A stretch of DNA of 63,366 nucleotides, filler included, from Nemertoderma westbladi (Eukaryota; Animalia; Xenacoelomorpha): the NCBI GenBank assembly GCA_032718475.1. It is 3 parts of 3 records of this genome, joined end to end, with 100 filler letters (N's around TTAATTAATTAA, not from the genome) between each part and the next. Parts side by side here need not be neighbours in the genome. Positions count along the whole stretch, not along the records: positions 42,008 to 63,366 come from JAUCBJ010000798.1; 2 more parts are not named here. The stretch is one strand, 5' to 3'. The notes under the pieces are model-generated. The model saw only the letters and a program-made list of their open reading frames with translations, was not told the DNA's origin and made no database searches. A program made the translations under genes and the position numbers. Within the stretch, counting starts at the first letter, position 1, and every line of letters begins with the position of its first letter. Positions 50,170-62,417 of this stretch are shown here, one piece after another.

Positions 50170-51400
50170 ACTCCCGAGAAGCATTAACAGTTGAAAAGAT
50201 AAACATAATCAATATGGACTAAAAGTCAGCAAAGCCTCTCACTAATAAAGGAGACGTCAGTGTAACAACAAACTATCCTGGGATCATTTTCCTTACAGTA
50301 GCTGCCAAAATATACATACAACAATATGGTTTATTATAGAATTAGGCATCACAGAGAAATTGCTGCATAAGAGTGAAAATGTATTTCGACAAAATATATC
50401 AACAATAGCTCAGATACCAGCCTTACGCCCCATAACAATTCAAATGGTTCTGTGTCACAGTCAACAGTAGACACAAATGTTGTCGAACCATCGTATACTG
50501 ATCTGATTGCTGCAATAATTTCATCAGGAATCCCTTATAATGAAAGTATGACTGCCTGCCATATATGGACTGCCATAACTGGTGAAGATCTTGGGATTGG
50601 GTTAACACTACAAGAACATAAAAGCATCAGATATCCGGCTTATACAGTCACAGACAACGACTTTGTAAATGACAGCACCTTGTTTTCTAATATGCTGGCT
50701 GATTCACAACTTCTACTGTACAAATTGGAATGTGCTGCTAAGGCGGTTGCATTGCAAATAAACGAGGTTGCATTCCAGATAAATGCCACTATCAACGAAT
50801 TCATTACTTGTAATGTTAATTAATAATGGAAGCCTGACTACCATCAATAATAATTAACTAAAACACATTGACGACATACAGTAAAAAACCTTGGTTCATG
50901 GATAGAGAGCAGCATAAAATACATAGAAGTAAAGAAAGCAAAGTCATGTGTGTGAAGCTTATAAAAATTGGATACTATGTGGAAATCAGACCTCTCCCTC
51001 TCTCGCCACCTGAAGGACAAGAGATATTTCGAGCCACATTGGAAATAAATTGTACATTTAAACGGTGGTGAGAACTGGACAGTGTGGACACTGGCGAATT
51101 GCAAGGCCCTAAGTGCAGCCATAAAAATCAGCAGGAGACAACACATGACAAACGCCGAGCTTTGTGATAAATTCCAAATGTATTATTGGACTACAATTCA
51201 GTGAGCACTACCGCTGGAGAAGTAAAGACGAGGTCATACCAGGTCGTCACAGTGTACAGACGACCAGCTCAATTTTGTCAATAAGCCGGTAAATCATTTT
51301 CAATGAAAGCCATCGGCAGCATCCTGATGGTGGATTGTGTGGTGGTAGCACAAATTTGTTGTTTATGCTCGTAGCAATCTCAATGCAGCCTGCCGATTAT
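50170..51400 (+). mobile_element. Old RTE-like remnant with a short inverted piece (~50423-50550) of the young RTE family
   Basis: YPAYTVTDNDFVND, LECAAKAVAL, IFRATLE; embedded 'aaatggttctgtgtcac..aatgaaagtatg'. Confidence 0.65.
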
Positions 51401-52013
51401 AGGTAGATACAATACAATTTCGATAGAAATATAGGCGGTTTTCTTTTGATTACAGTATTAGTATAATACAATAGCAGCCTTCACAAAAATGTTCATATTA
51501 TATCCCACTGCAGAATGTTATGCAAATTACGTTCATCCACATCCATAGTTTCCTATCTTGGCGTGGGATGGGATTACATCCAACAGTTTGCTGATATATT
51601 GAAGCAGCCAATGAATGAGTAGAAAATAACTAAAGAACATTATAGAAACCTACAAAGTGAAGCATCTAATACAACCAACCAGTTTATATTTTAAATTTTC
51701 CTCAGTTTCTGAAAAAAAAATTTATTTATTATATTTGTTTTCTTGAAAGATTTTATAATATAGATATGTATTTTAAGAAAATAATAGTAATACAACGATT
51801 AAGAAATATTATTCAATTGAGATACCTATCCCAAATTTAAACTTTGCAGTAAACTAATTATTTTATTATTTGGAATTGTGTAGTAGTACAAGTTCCTATG
51901 ATAACTTTGCAGTAAACTAACTTTATTTGGAATTGTGTAGATATAGTACAAGTTCCTATGATATCTAGAACCATATCACAAGTTCAATTCAAGTTCCTCG
52001 ATTACATTTACTA

Positions 52014-53024
52014 ATGTCTGGAATACCAAAAATAATTGCAGATAGACACCACCAAAATCAAAATCATGAAATTTGTCATATAGCAATCAACATTTTAATA
52101 TTCAGTATATACACCATATTGGGTTCAATTATGTTTAATTATGTTGAAAATAACGATAATCTATCTCGACCACAGCCACAAAAATTCCAACTTGCTGTGA
52201 AACACTACAATTCAATGAACGTTGAATATATTATAATGCATCTACGAGACCTCACAAATACCAACAAGACTTGTTTGGAAAGTGAAGATAAAAGTGAAAG
52301 GGTTAATTTTACCCAATCACTTAAAGATCTCATCTCCTACCTTGATGCTCAACAAGTTCTAATAAGAAATACACATCAAACGTTTCTAGAGAGTCTCTCA
52401 TTGACATTGGCTATTTTATCAACTGTAGGTTTTGGTAACATAACACCAAAGACCTATGTTGGACAGCAGTTGGTTATTCCATATGCAATGTTTGGTATAC
52501 CATTATTCATATACGTAATGTCATCATTTAAGGTGTTCCACCATAGGGTTCATCAAAAATTGCAGATTATTGTAAACTATATTCCACTTCGTGGAGAGAG
52601 AATTTCTGCCATTGTTTATCACATAATTCAAATAATTGTATCTTACATGATTTTCATAATAGTTCCAAGCGTTGTTACCTGCTACTTTGAGGGATGGGAG
52701 TTTCTACAATCTCACTATTTTATAGTTGTTATGTTTACAACGATTGGATTTGGAGATTACAGTCCAACATTTGCTAGTAGAAAATTTGATACCAATGGCG
52801 TTGTAATATCCGTTGTTTTGTACAGTATATTTGTTCAATGTGGTTTATTATTCGCGATTTCTTATTTTGCATATATTTTTGAGAGGTTCAACAAAATGCA
52901 CAATTGTGGTATAAATGATTTGACTAGATGTATTTGCTCAGCAGATTGTAAGAAAAGAAAAGTCGATATAAAAGAAGTGAATTGCCGAAATGCAGACATT
53001 AACCCTATTAGCACCGGGCTATAA
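52014..53024 (+). CDS. Two-pore-domain potassium channel (K2P/KCNK family), single exon, 336 aa
   Basis: Four hydrophobic segments, extracellular cap after M1, pore loops STVGFGNITP and TTIGFGDYSP, YAMFGIP, EGWEFLQSHYF. Confidence 0.92.
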   Translation: MSGIPKIIADRHHQNQNHEICHIAINILIFSIYTILGSIMFNYVENNDNLSRPQPQKFQLAVKHYNSMNVEYIIMHLRDLTNTNKTCLESEDKSERVNFTQSLKDLISYLDAQQVLIRNTHQTFLESLSLTLAILSTVGFGNITPKTYVGQQLVIPYAMFGIPLFIYVMSSFKVFHHRVHQKLQIIVNYIPLRGERISAIVYHIIQIIVSYMIFIIVPSVVTCYFEGWEFLQSHYFIVVMFTTIGFGDYSPTFASRKFDTNGVVISVVLYSIFVQCGLLFAISYFAYIFERFNKMHNCGINDLTRCICSADCKKRKVDIKEVNCRNADINPISTGL

Positions 53025-53039
53025 TATAAAGTGTACAAA

Positions 53040-54450
53040 TAGCGGGCAGGGGGGGGGGGGGGGTGGGGGTGCCCCCCCCCCCCCCCCCTCTGGAATCTAC
53101 AAGTTTCAATGAAAACGTCTGATTATTTTTGTTTGTGCGTAGATTTCACTTGTCTGAATCCGAACGAGTAAAAAATTTTCGTAAAAATGTACTGGTGTGG
53201 ATATTTTGCAGCGCCAAAATTTCTAGTAGTGAACAATTTTAAAAAAATTTAAAGTTACAATTTTCGTCTAATCTTTTTTAATACAGGTTTTCTGTGGCGC
53301 AGAATCCATTGGGAAATATTTAAAAATTAATTATCTGATTACTATAAATGGCTGTTTTAGTGCACTATGTAGGCAAAAAAATGAAAAAAACAAGTAACCA
53401 GCACTTTTCAGTTTGTACACAAAATCTTAAACTCAGATATACGATGCTATAAATTCACATTTTCAGGTTTTCTGGGGTGCTGAATCTAATGGAATATATT
53501 TCTAAGTTGTCAGATCATTGCTACTCATATTTTTCCGCGTAATATGGCAAATTTTGGTGCTAGCAACACATTGTGTAGCCATTAGCATAGAGTACAAGTT
53601 TGAGATGTCCAGTACTATTTTTATTAATTCCATCGGATTCAGGACCCTCAAAAACCCACATAACGCAAGAAACAAGATGATACTATCTATTGATCAATTT
53701 GCTTATTTTGAAAAATATAGTGCAGGCACAACAATTTTCACCCAACGCCGAAAAATACAAGTTTGAGAATTCTTATGCAATTTTTATTTATTCCATTGAA
53801 TTTAGAACCCTCACAAACCGATATAACGCAAGAAACAAGGCGACAAAATTAATTTATATATTTGAAGGGTTTCATAATTTGTTGCTAGCACCAAATTTTG
53901 CACCCACTTTCGAAAAATACACGCATGAGTTGTCTGTCTATTATTATTTATTCCAATGAATTCAGAACCGCCATTAACTTCTGAGAAATGTTGAGTGAAA
54001 AATAAGTTGTCACAATCCATTGAACTATTGAATGGATTTTGAAAATTCGTGCTAGTACCAAATTGTGCACACAGCACCGAAAAATACAAGTTTAAAAAGT
54101 TCGAAAAAAAACAAGTTTGATACGCTTGGTGCAACTCATATATATTCTATCGAAACCAGAACCCAAAAAAATCCCTATTTTGCAAATAACAGGTTCAAAC
54201 AATCAATTTAAAAATTGACATATTTCAAATTTTGGTGCTGGCAACAAAATTTGGCACCGACGGAAAAAAATCAAGCTTGAATTTTCTAAATCAATTTATA
54301 TGAATTCCATCTAATTGCGAACACAAGAAACCGGTGTATATGAAAAATATAGATGTTACAAATTATATTTCATGAAATTTTATTTTCAAAAAATTTCTCA
54401 AAAAAGTGCCAAAAGTTGGGTTAAAAAATGGTGATATAACTCGAAAACTT
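53040..54450. repeat. Transposon-like array of diverged ~190-bp units starting at a polyG/polyC inverted tract
   Basis: Recurrent 'ttggtgctagcaac', 'aaaatacaagttt', 'cataacgcaagaaacaag'. Confidence 0.6.
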
Positions 54451-56415
54451 CTCAATATTTTTGAAAACCGTTTTCACTATTAGGAAGGCAATAGATTTTT
54501 AGGAAAAGTAGTTATGTATAGTATATGAATTTATAATATAATATTATATTCTCAATATTTTTGAAAACCGTTTTCACTATTAGGAAGGCAATAGATTTTT
54601 AGGAAAAGTAGTTATGTATAGTATATGAATTTATAATATAATATTATATATGTTATATATTATAGTTATATAATTTATGTAATTACACTAAGCTGCATGA
54701 CAAACATACAGTAGTTCATGACAAGAATAAATGAATGTGTTGGAGTAACCTATACTCATACTCAATAGTCGTCATTCTGTTCGTATCTTAATAGTTCAGC
54801 AGCCGGTTCCACCAACTTTCACTAACAAGTTAGTGCCACTAACCGCTTAGGGTGGTGTTAGTGGCACTAAGATAAGTGGCACTTAATTTAACTGTCCCAC
54901 AACGACCACTAACACTAACCCTATGCTTAGTGGCACTTCTGTCCATCTTCAGGATTTTATCTCTGGAAATGGATTGTTTTCGGCTGGAACCCAGTTCAAG
55001 AAGCGAACTGGAAAGCTATGGACTCATAGTGGACCCATTAGGAATAGAAGTCCCCGATAGACCATATTCTGTTTCGTAGGAAATACAGGAGCTCTATACA
55101 AGACTGTAATGCATTTACACTTCGACCCTTCTCCAGTGATCACCGCCTTATTGTGGCCAAGGTAAGACTTAGTCTGCGTGCTAGCAGAACAACGAAGTCT
55201 GCCTTGCCGCAGCATGACTGGTCCTCTCTGTTGCAACAGCCAAGTGTGAGATCCAGTTTCACACTACATCTGAGCAACAGTGCCGAAATGACCTTCATAA
55301 GGCGCAGAAAGAGTCCCGACTCAAACAGACTACAGCGGCCAAGAATGCAGTTAAGGCTGCATCTAGGTCCCTGAACAGGCAGTACTCTGTTAATCTACAG
55401 GAGCTAATACACCAACAGGTTGATGCCACCAATGATGCTGACGACAGCAGGCAATCATCCCAGGCATGGAAATCGATCAATCTGCTTACTGGGCGGAAAA
55501 GCCAACCAACCACCAAGGTTAAGGCTGAATCACCAGCCGATCGCCTCAATGGTTGGAAAGCCCACTTTGAAAAGCTCCTCAATAATGACAGGGTATTGCC
55601 TGATAACTTTATAGAAGTAAAAGTGTCTGAGTCTGTACTCCCAGATATTCCCATTGGCGATATCTCCTTTGCAGAAGTGAAGGCTGCTGCAAAGTGCATT
55701 AAGACCAATCGTGCCAGTGGAGTAGATGGTGTTCCCCCTGAGGTCTTTAAAATACCTGAGTGTTTAAAGCTCATCTATCCCATCATAGTAGACATGTACC
55801 GAATAACAAGAGTCCCACAAGAAATGAAAACAAATAAGTTGGTGCCAGTTCCCAAGAAGGGCAACCTAACACTCTATGGTTCTTTTCGGGGAATCTCATT
55901 GATCTCGATTGCTGCAAAGCTATACAATAGGATTCTATTAAATCGCATCAGGGATCCCATTGAGAGACTGCTCCGTGGAAATCAGAATGGGTTCCGTAAA
56001 GGTCGTGGGACCATGGAGCCCATTTTGGCACTTAGAAGGATAATTGAAGAATTATCAAAAAAGAAAGACAGGCATCTGGCTGTTATCTTTGTTGACTTCT
56101 TCAAGGCCTTTGATTCAGTCTCTCGCTCACGTATGTTCAGCATACTTTCATTATATGGGATTCCTGATGAAATTATTGCAGCAATCAGATCAGTATACGA
56201 TAGTTCGACAACATTTGTGTCTACTGTTGACGGTGACACAGAACCATTTGAAGTGTTATGGGGCGTCCTCCAAGGAGACACACTTGCACCATTCTTGTTC
56301 ATTATTGTGGTTGACTATGTTCTACGCATGTCCTTAGATCATTATAATGATGATGGGGTGATGATAACTCCACCTACTGGCTCCAGAAGTCGAGGAAATC
56401 CTGCCAAGTACCTAA

Positions 56416-58534
56416 ATTGTCGACATGCTGCAGCTAGGGGGTCTGCCATTTACGAAGATTTATAATATGTTAAGGATAGAGGGTCTTCCCCAGCAATAAA
56501 AACGTTTTGTATTATTATTATTCGCGAGGCCTTTCGGGCCTAAACCCTTCTTCAGGCGATTAGTAGAATAACAGAAAAACAGAAATTGAAATTTATACAG
56601 GCACAACTGCAAAATACAGAACAGTGACCGGTACCGGTACAGCCTAAACAATGTATTGCTCAGGACAGTAGCCAATCACATGCCACTACCGGTAAAAGTA
56701 CTGTAATGTAATTGGATTAGTTTTAAAGTAGGGTCACCAATATTAATAATAATGATAATTAATAATACACTACTAATACATTAAATTGCATACCTAATGA
56801 AACTACCTATATGCACCTGAAATAAATTAGGAAAATTATCTACTGTAGTTAATTGAAAGCACCAATATTAGAAATTAAAAGTTATATTTTTTAAATTTAT
56901 TCACGGATAGTACAGTAGTTAAAGTAGAGAAAGGAACCGATATGAACTGTAGTTGGATATAGCAAATAGACTAATTAAGAAATCAACAATATTAATAATA
57001 ATAAAAATAGTATAAAATAAAATATAAAAACTTTTAGTTTGGAAGTGGAATGTTTGTTTATATAGTAGCACCAATACTGGAAAACGATTTGAAAACCACA
57101 ATTTAACGCATAATAGTATGATATAAGCACCAATATTAAATTAATAAATTCTTACTACAATATTGAAATTACGAATGATAATGAGTGGAATTATATTGGC
57201 GGTATAACTTTATTTAGTGGGGGACGTAAAGTGTTAATATACCAGCTTTCATAAGCAAGACGTAGTGTGTCATCTCTACAGTGTAAAGTGGCAGTGACAG
57301 ACTTAATCGGTATTAGGAACTGGGGCGGTACTGTTAAATAGTAGGTGTCGACAGGCTCAACCGGTGTTGGGTTAACCTGCGGTTCCCAACGTCGTAGTGA
57401 GCGGATTATACGTGTGGGGTATCCTTGGGTTAAACACCCTTCAAGGTATTTATCCCGGTATATATATTGCATAGTAATATTGCATAGTCTTCGAGTCTAT
57501 CAGACAGTCTCCTAAGTCGTAACAGTTGTGATTTAACTATGTTAGTAAGCATAATGGGTCCATATGCACTGTTGAAGTTAATGGGAACCTTGTTACTACA
57601 TGGCTTTTTATAAGGCGATACAATTAACATATTATTAATTACGGTTATAGTCATATCTAGAAAGGTAATACTTTCTGAAGAGAATTCAGCAGTATACTTA
57701 ATATCGCTATTATTGTATAGTGCGACTGAGGCATTATTAGCATTAGCTAAAATTACTTCAATATCACTAACATTTAATAACTTATTGAACAATAAGAAGC
57801 CATCGTCTACTACTCTATGGTAGAAAATGGGAGGGTAAATAAAAGTACTTATAAAGTGTAGTTCTAAACGTGACACCGCTATACATGAGTAGGCAACAGA
57901 CACACTGCCTCCCATTGCACCACCCTTAATCTGTAAATATATCTTATTTCTGTACTGGAAATAATTGTGAGTTAAAACAAATCGCACCAGTGATACAATT
58001 TCAACACAAGTTAGAGAAGTTCTACTTTCTTGTGTAGTGTCCTCCTCTAAGGCTGCTAAAAGTGCAGTGCAACCAAGATCTAAATCCATATTCGTGAACA
58101 TGTCCACGATGTCTAATGTAACCATGGTGATATCTCCATCTACTATGGATGGTATGCTGGATTTGAATGCGTAAGAACTTGGAACATACGACTGTAAGGA
58201 TACCATCCATAATTGGGGATAGAATGGAATGACAAAATTTAGATAGGGGGGCTGTTAATGAAAAGGTGGAGGCTATAATCGGGCGACCTTTAGGTATTAT
58301 TTTACCATTTTCCCAGTGGATCCACTGGCCTATCGGCTTATGATCCTTCCAGGTATGCCATATATAGCTCATAAGTGGGTTTTTGGGGATTAAATGAAAA
58401 CTTGCGTATGGAATTTTAGATTTAACGGAATTTATTAGCGCCGTTAATATTTTAGTAAATTCAGGGGTGGGGTCACATCATACAAAACGTTTTTATTGCT
58501 GGGGAAGACCCTCTATCCTTAACATATTATAAAT
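56416..58534 (-). mobile_element. Penelope-like retroelement, 5'-truncated, with inverted terminal segment
   Basis: GRPIIAS, TLDIVDMFTN, GGAMG, RVVDD, FLDM RT motifs; GIY-YIG C-terminal remnant ESWYINTLRPPLN; TSD CTGCCAAGTACCTAA at 56401-56415 and 58535-58549; ~57-bp inverted repeat 56456-56512 / 58480-58536. Confidence 0.9.
56522..56559 (-). ncRNA. Minimal type I hammerhead ribozyme
   Basis: TCGC-CTGAAGA-A-GGG(TTTAGG)CCC-GAAA-GGCC-TC-GCGA: core boxes, stem I, stem II and palindromic stem III. Confidence 0.8.
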
Positions 58535-60263
58535 CTGCCAAGTACCTAACTGATCTAGACTTTGCTGATGACTTAGGAGTACTCTCAGAATCATTAGAGG
58601 GAGCCCAATGGCTCCTCAGCTCATTAGAACATGCTGCTTCTAGTGTTGGTCTTTTTATTAACTCCAGAAAGATCAAAATTCTGACAGTTAACTTTGAAAG
58701 TCCTCAGCAAGTCTCTGATCGGATGAGCATAAGCTCAAAGGATGGTATGCTTGAGCATGTGGACGACTTCTGTTACCTGGGATCATGGATCCGGAAGTCA
58801 GGTGAGGACCTTCGAATACGTAAGGGAAAGGCATGGGCAGCCTTGAATAGGCTTTCCAGGATTTGGAAGTCACCGAGAATTAATCGGAAACTTAAGGTCC
58901 GATTATTTAGAGCAGCAGTAGTCCCAGTACTCCTCTACGGGAGTCTATGCTGGGCTCTAACTGCTGAGGACACCAAATCTCTGGATGGCACATTCACAAG
59001 AATGCTACGCCGGGTTCATTGTGTCATGTACAATGCACACATCTCCAACCAGACACTATATAACATTGGAGGTGTCTCATTGGTTCCCCCAAGCTTGACA
59101 CTAGAACAAAATCGCCTCCGCTTTGCAGGACATTGCTTTCGCCGTGAGGACCAGCCAGTGCATAATCTTGTACTTTAGCAGCCTCATGGAGTGAATAAGC
59201 ATGGTGGACAGCCCATGACTTTCTTGAGACGCATCTTAAAGGACACTGGCCTTGAAGATGCGGATGATCTAGCAAATGTCATGGGTGATAGGGAGTTGTG
59301 GCGGCGCAATTTTGTTGACAAGCTGGCACAGCATTCTTAAAAATGCAGCTGCAATGCAGCATGCCGATCCTAGTAGTATATTCTTCTCTACCACACTAAA
59401 TCGCTTAAATGCACCAAAGCAATACATAGCGCATATAACTCTAATGGGCAAGTAGTATTTAAAGTCTCTGCTGGTGACAAGCCAATCAAAATTGCCCGCT
59501 TCTCTCGTCGAATCTGATCTCTCGTATGACCAAACTCAAAGTCCCACTTCCACCAAACTTTCCAACAACCACCATAAATACCATATATAAGGATCTCAAC
59601 ATCGAGGTTTGCAATACAATTACATCCAGTGCATAGAAAACGTAAATGTAAAACGAAAAAGTAAATGAAACGACAGCGGTTGTGATTGATCTCCACTCAG
59701 ACATTAATGAGGTTGCCACAGGAATGGCTTCTGACACCACCACAAGGAACCTACAGCGATCACTGCATTGGTCTACTTCCGCTTCGGCTTCTGACTTGGA
59801 CAATGAGGAAAATTATATCCCTTGAATTTCTGTACTAACATACATATACAGTTACACACAGGGGCCTCCAGTCCAGGTCCACTATTAGGCTCACCAACAA
59901 CTACTGTATGTTTCTTTGTTTGTAAGTTATACAGTATTACCTTTGAATTTTGTATTAAAAAATTGTATCTAATAATTATACTTCTGCAATGGTGGTGGTT
60001 ATAAAAAGATAAAACTAAATCAAGACTTTCTATGTTATAAACAATATTTTACCATTTGTGGTGGGTGGTGGTTGTTGAAATAAATTTTTTTATTTTTTTT
60101 ATACTATGAACTACTACTGTAATAAACTAACTACCACTACTATTATGCCATACTTTACGTTAGTTTGATATACCTCCTGATATGGCCTAGTCTCTCCCAG
60201 TTTTAACTAGTTTATATGTACTCTACTACTATTTTAAGTTATGCTACTATTATTTACCCTACA

Positions 60264-60660
60264 GGTATTCTATAGGTCTGCAACTTCTAACTCCTTCCGA
60301 TATCCCCAGCCATTTCCCCTCCAATTTATGTTACACGAAAATTATACCACCAGATTACATTTTTCATTGCAGCTTATGTGGTGAATGCTTTCACTTGCAG
60401 TATGCATCCCACCTGTCCTCGGATGAGTTAACATCTACAGTAACTATTGCCCCACATTCTGCATATTCTGCTATTCTCAGACATTCCCATTCACATATGT
60501 TAAGTTAATGGCAATGATGCTGACATTTTCGACAATAATTCTATCCACGACTCTACTTGTGAAGACATTGAAATATATTTTTCAGTTTTTAACTTTAACA
60601 GCTACAGCCTTACTAAAAACTTATCTGCAACTAGTGATTTTTTACTGTCCCAAAGCATAA
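60264..60660 (+). mobile_element. Degenerate PHD-finger-like fragment, probably a LINE remnant
   Basis: LCYTKIIPPDYIFHCSLCGECFHLQ..YCP..CYSQTFPF across frameshifts. Confidence 0.4.
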
Positions 60661-61161
60661 GTTTGACATTTTAACATTTACCGAAACTTTTTTCAGTTCT
60701 AACGAAGACAGTGACTACTACAGAATACCTGGTTACCACAAACCCATAATTGACCTAACTACGAAAAGGAATTAAGGAAATGTATGAGTTACAGTGGCAT
60801 GTTATTCTAACCAAAACAATAAATGTCAGTGAACATGATGGGTTACAATTAAATTCTTTACAATGAAACGCTCCAAACTTGTTCGTTCAGTCTGAATTAC
60901 TGGATTTAAAAATATAAAAAAAAATGTTGTAGGCCTACTTAGGAAACTTAGTATTCTGGAATAACTTTTAGTTCATATTTGATTTTAAAATCATTTTGCA
61001 GTTTAATACAAAGTAATATTCATAACTGCTTATCTAGATATTGGTTATGGCCAATTCAATGCGTCATTCTGGAGTTTCTGAATATTTATCAGCGTGTTCA
61101 CAATTCTCTGAAACAACCTCAGTGGGAAGAATTCCAGTACATGAAATGAGAGATAAATTAA

Positions 61162-61521
61162 ATGACAGGGGAAACCAAAACTGAAGAAGATAACCATCGA
61201 GAAAATATACGTTTGGTTCTCAATCTGGTGGTAGGGTTTGTTTTTTTATCGCTTGTAATAACATTATTTGTTTTATATCACAACAATAAATCCGGTGCCA
61301 ATAGGGTAAAGATTTCTGGGATATCATCAACACCCTCACCCACCACTACCACTGCAACTCCTCCACCCACCACTACAGCAGAACAAGCAGTCTTATTCCC
61401 TTGCCACGATAATAGCGATCAACATTCATTGACAGCGATTAAACGTACAAGGGCCTTTAGGATAGAAACTGACCTGCTATTTCGCTGCAATCTTAATACA
61501 GTATCGAAAGCGCTCCTCTGA
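61162..61521 (+). CDS. Possible small type II membrane protein with Thr/Pro-rich stalk (gene fragment?)
   Basis: One hydrophobic segment followed by STPSPTTTTATPPPTTT; no recognisable domain. Confidence 0.35.
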   Translation: MTGETKTEEDNHRENIRLVLNLVVGFVFLSLVITLFVLYHNNKSGANRVKISGISSTPSPTTTTATPPPTTTAEQAVLFPCHDNSDQHSLTAIKRTRAFRIETDLLFRCNLNTVSKALL

Positions 61522-61589
61522 CTTCGATTTCAATATAAATTTGAATGATTGAATGAGAAGGATTTGGTGATGTCACTGGTGACAATTAC

Positions 61590-61860
61590 TAGATAGGGTT
61601 GGATTTGTGGAATGTGGAATTATGGTGAATGTCACCATTTCAAGGGACCCCACGACGCCATTGGTGGTGTGCTGAAGAGGAAAATATATCGTGATGTCAT
61701 GAGCAATAAAATTGTAATTGTAAATGCCAAGCATTTTGCTTGTTATGCCGATAATCAGCTGAAAACGAAGGTCATATATAGTATGTTCCAAGAGAAGAGA
61801 TTTGTGATAACAATATTGTAGAGGAAGTAAAGTTGTGAAGTAATTGATGGTACATCAAGT
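61590..61860 (+). pseudogene. DNA transposase remnant (Sola-like)
   Basis: WNYGECHHFKGPHDAIGGVLKR resembles the HGKGxxDGIGGxxKR motif. Confidence 0.5.
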
Positions 61861-62417
61861 AGTGCGTCGAGAGTCAGATATAATAATACGATACAGTTCC
61901 AATGTCGGTACAAATAGACTGTAGAGTAGACCTACAGCAGGCTATAGATGATAGTGCTGTGGGTGGTAATGATTTTATACATTCTTATTCTGATCAAGAG
62001 GAATTTATTGGATTTAACCTGACTTCTGTGATGGAACCATCCGCAGATCCTTGGTCCCATGGCCTTACGTACATATCCCTATCCATGGCAAAGTTAACAT
62101 AAGGTTGGAACTTAGGCTCTATCCTGTTTGTGGGCCTCCAGTCTTTTTCAGTGTTTCAGTCCACTGTATACTGTACAGTACTGCTCAGTACTGTTTTGTG
62201 TGTTTCTGTATTTACCAGTCAGCTGGTACCGGTACCAGTACTACAGTCCTTTAGGTTAGTTTACAGTCTGCCAGTATTACAGTTATGGTATTACTACACC
62301 TTGGGTCACACCTACAAAAATTTTTTTTAATACATAAATAGGTTATTTAAGAATACTAATATTGTTCTACAATGTATATTAATAAATAGATAATTGTTCT
62401 AGAATGTATATTAACAG

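Larger units (their letters stand above)
54940..59378 (+). mobile_element. RTE-like LINE (APE C-terminus + RT), 5'-truncated, interrupted by a Penelope-like element
   Basis: IDHILFRRK..SDHRLIV, NQNGFRKGR, FVDFFKAFDS, GVLQGDTLAP, DLDFADD, FCYLGS; ends cctagtagta. Confidence 0.93.

Noticed and set aside
54451-54648. Exact 100-bp tandem duplication
   Set aside because: Perfect identity and round length suggest an overlap artefact or trivial slippage; needs reads.
59388-59803. Minus-strand ORFs of ~100 aa
   Set aside because: No motifs; the region more likely is a decayed retroelement 5' portion.
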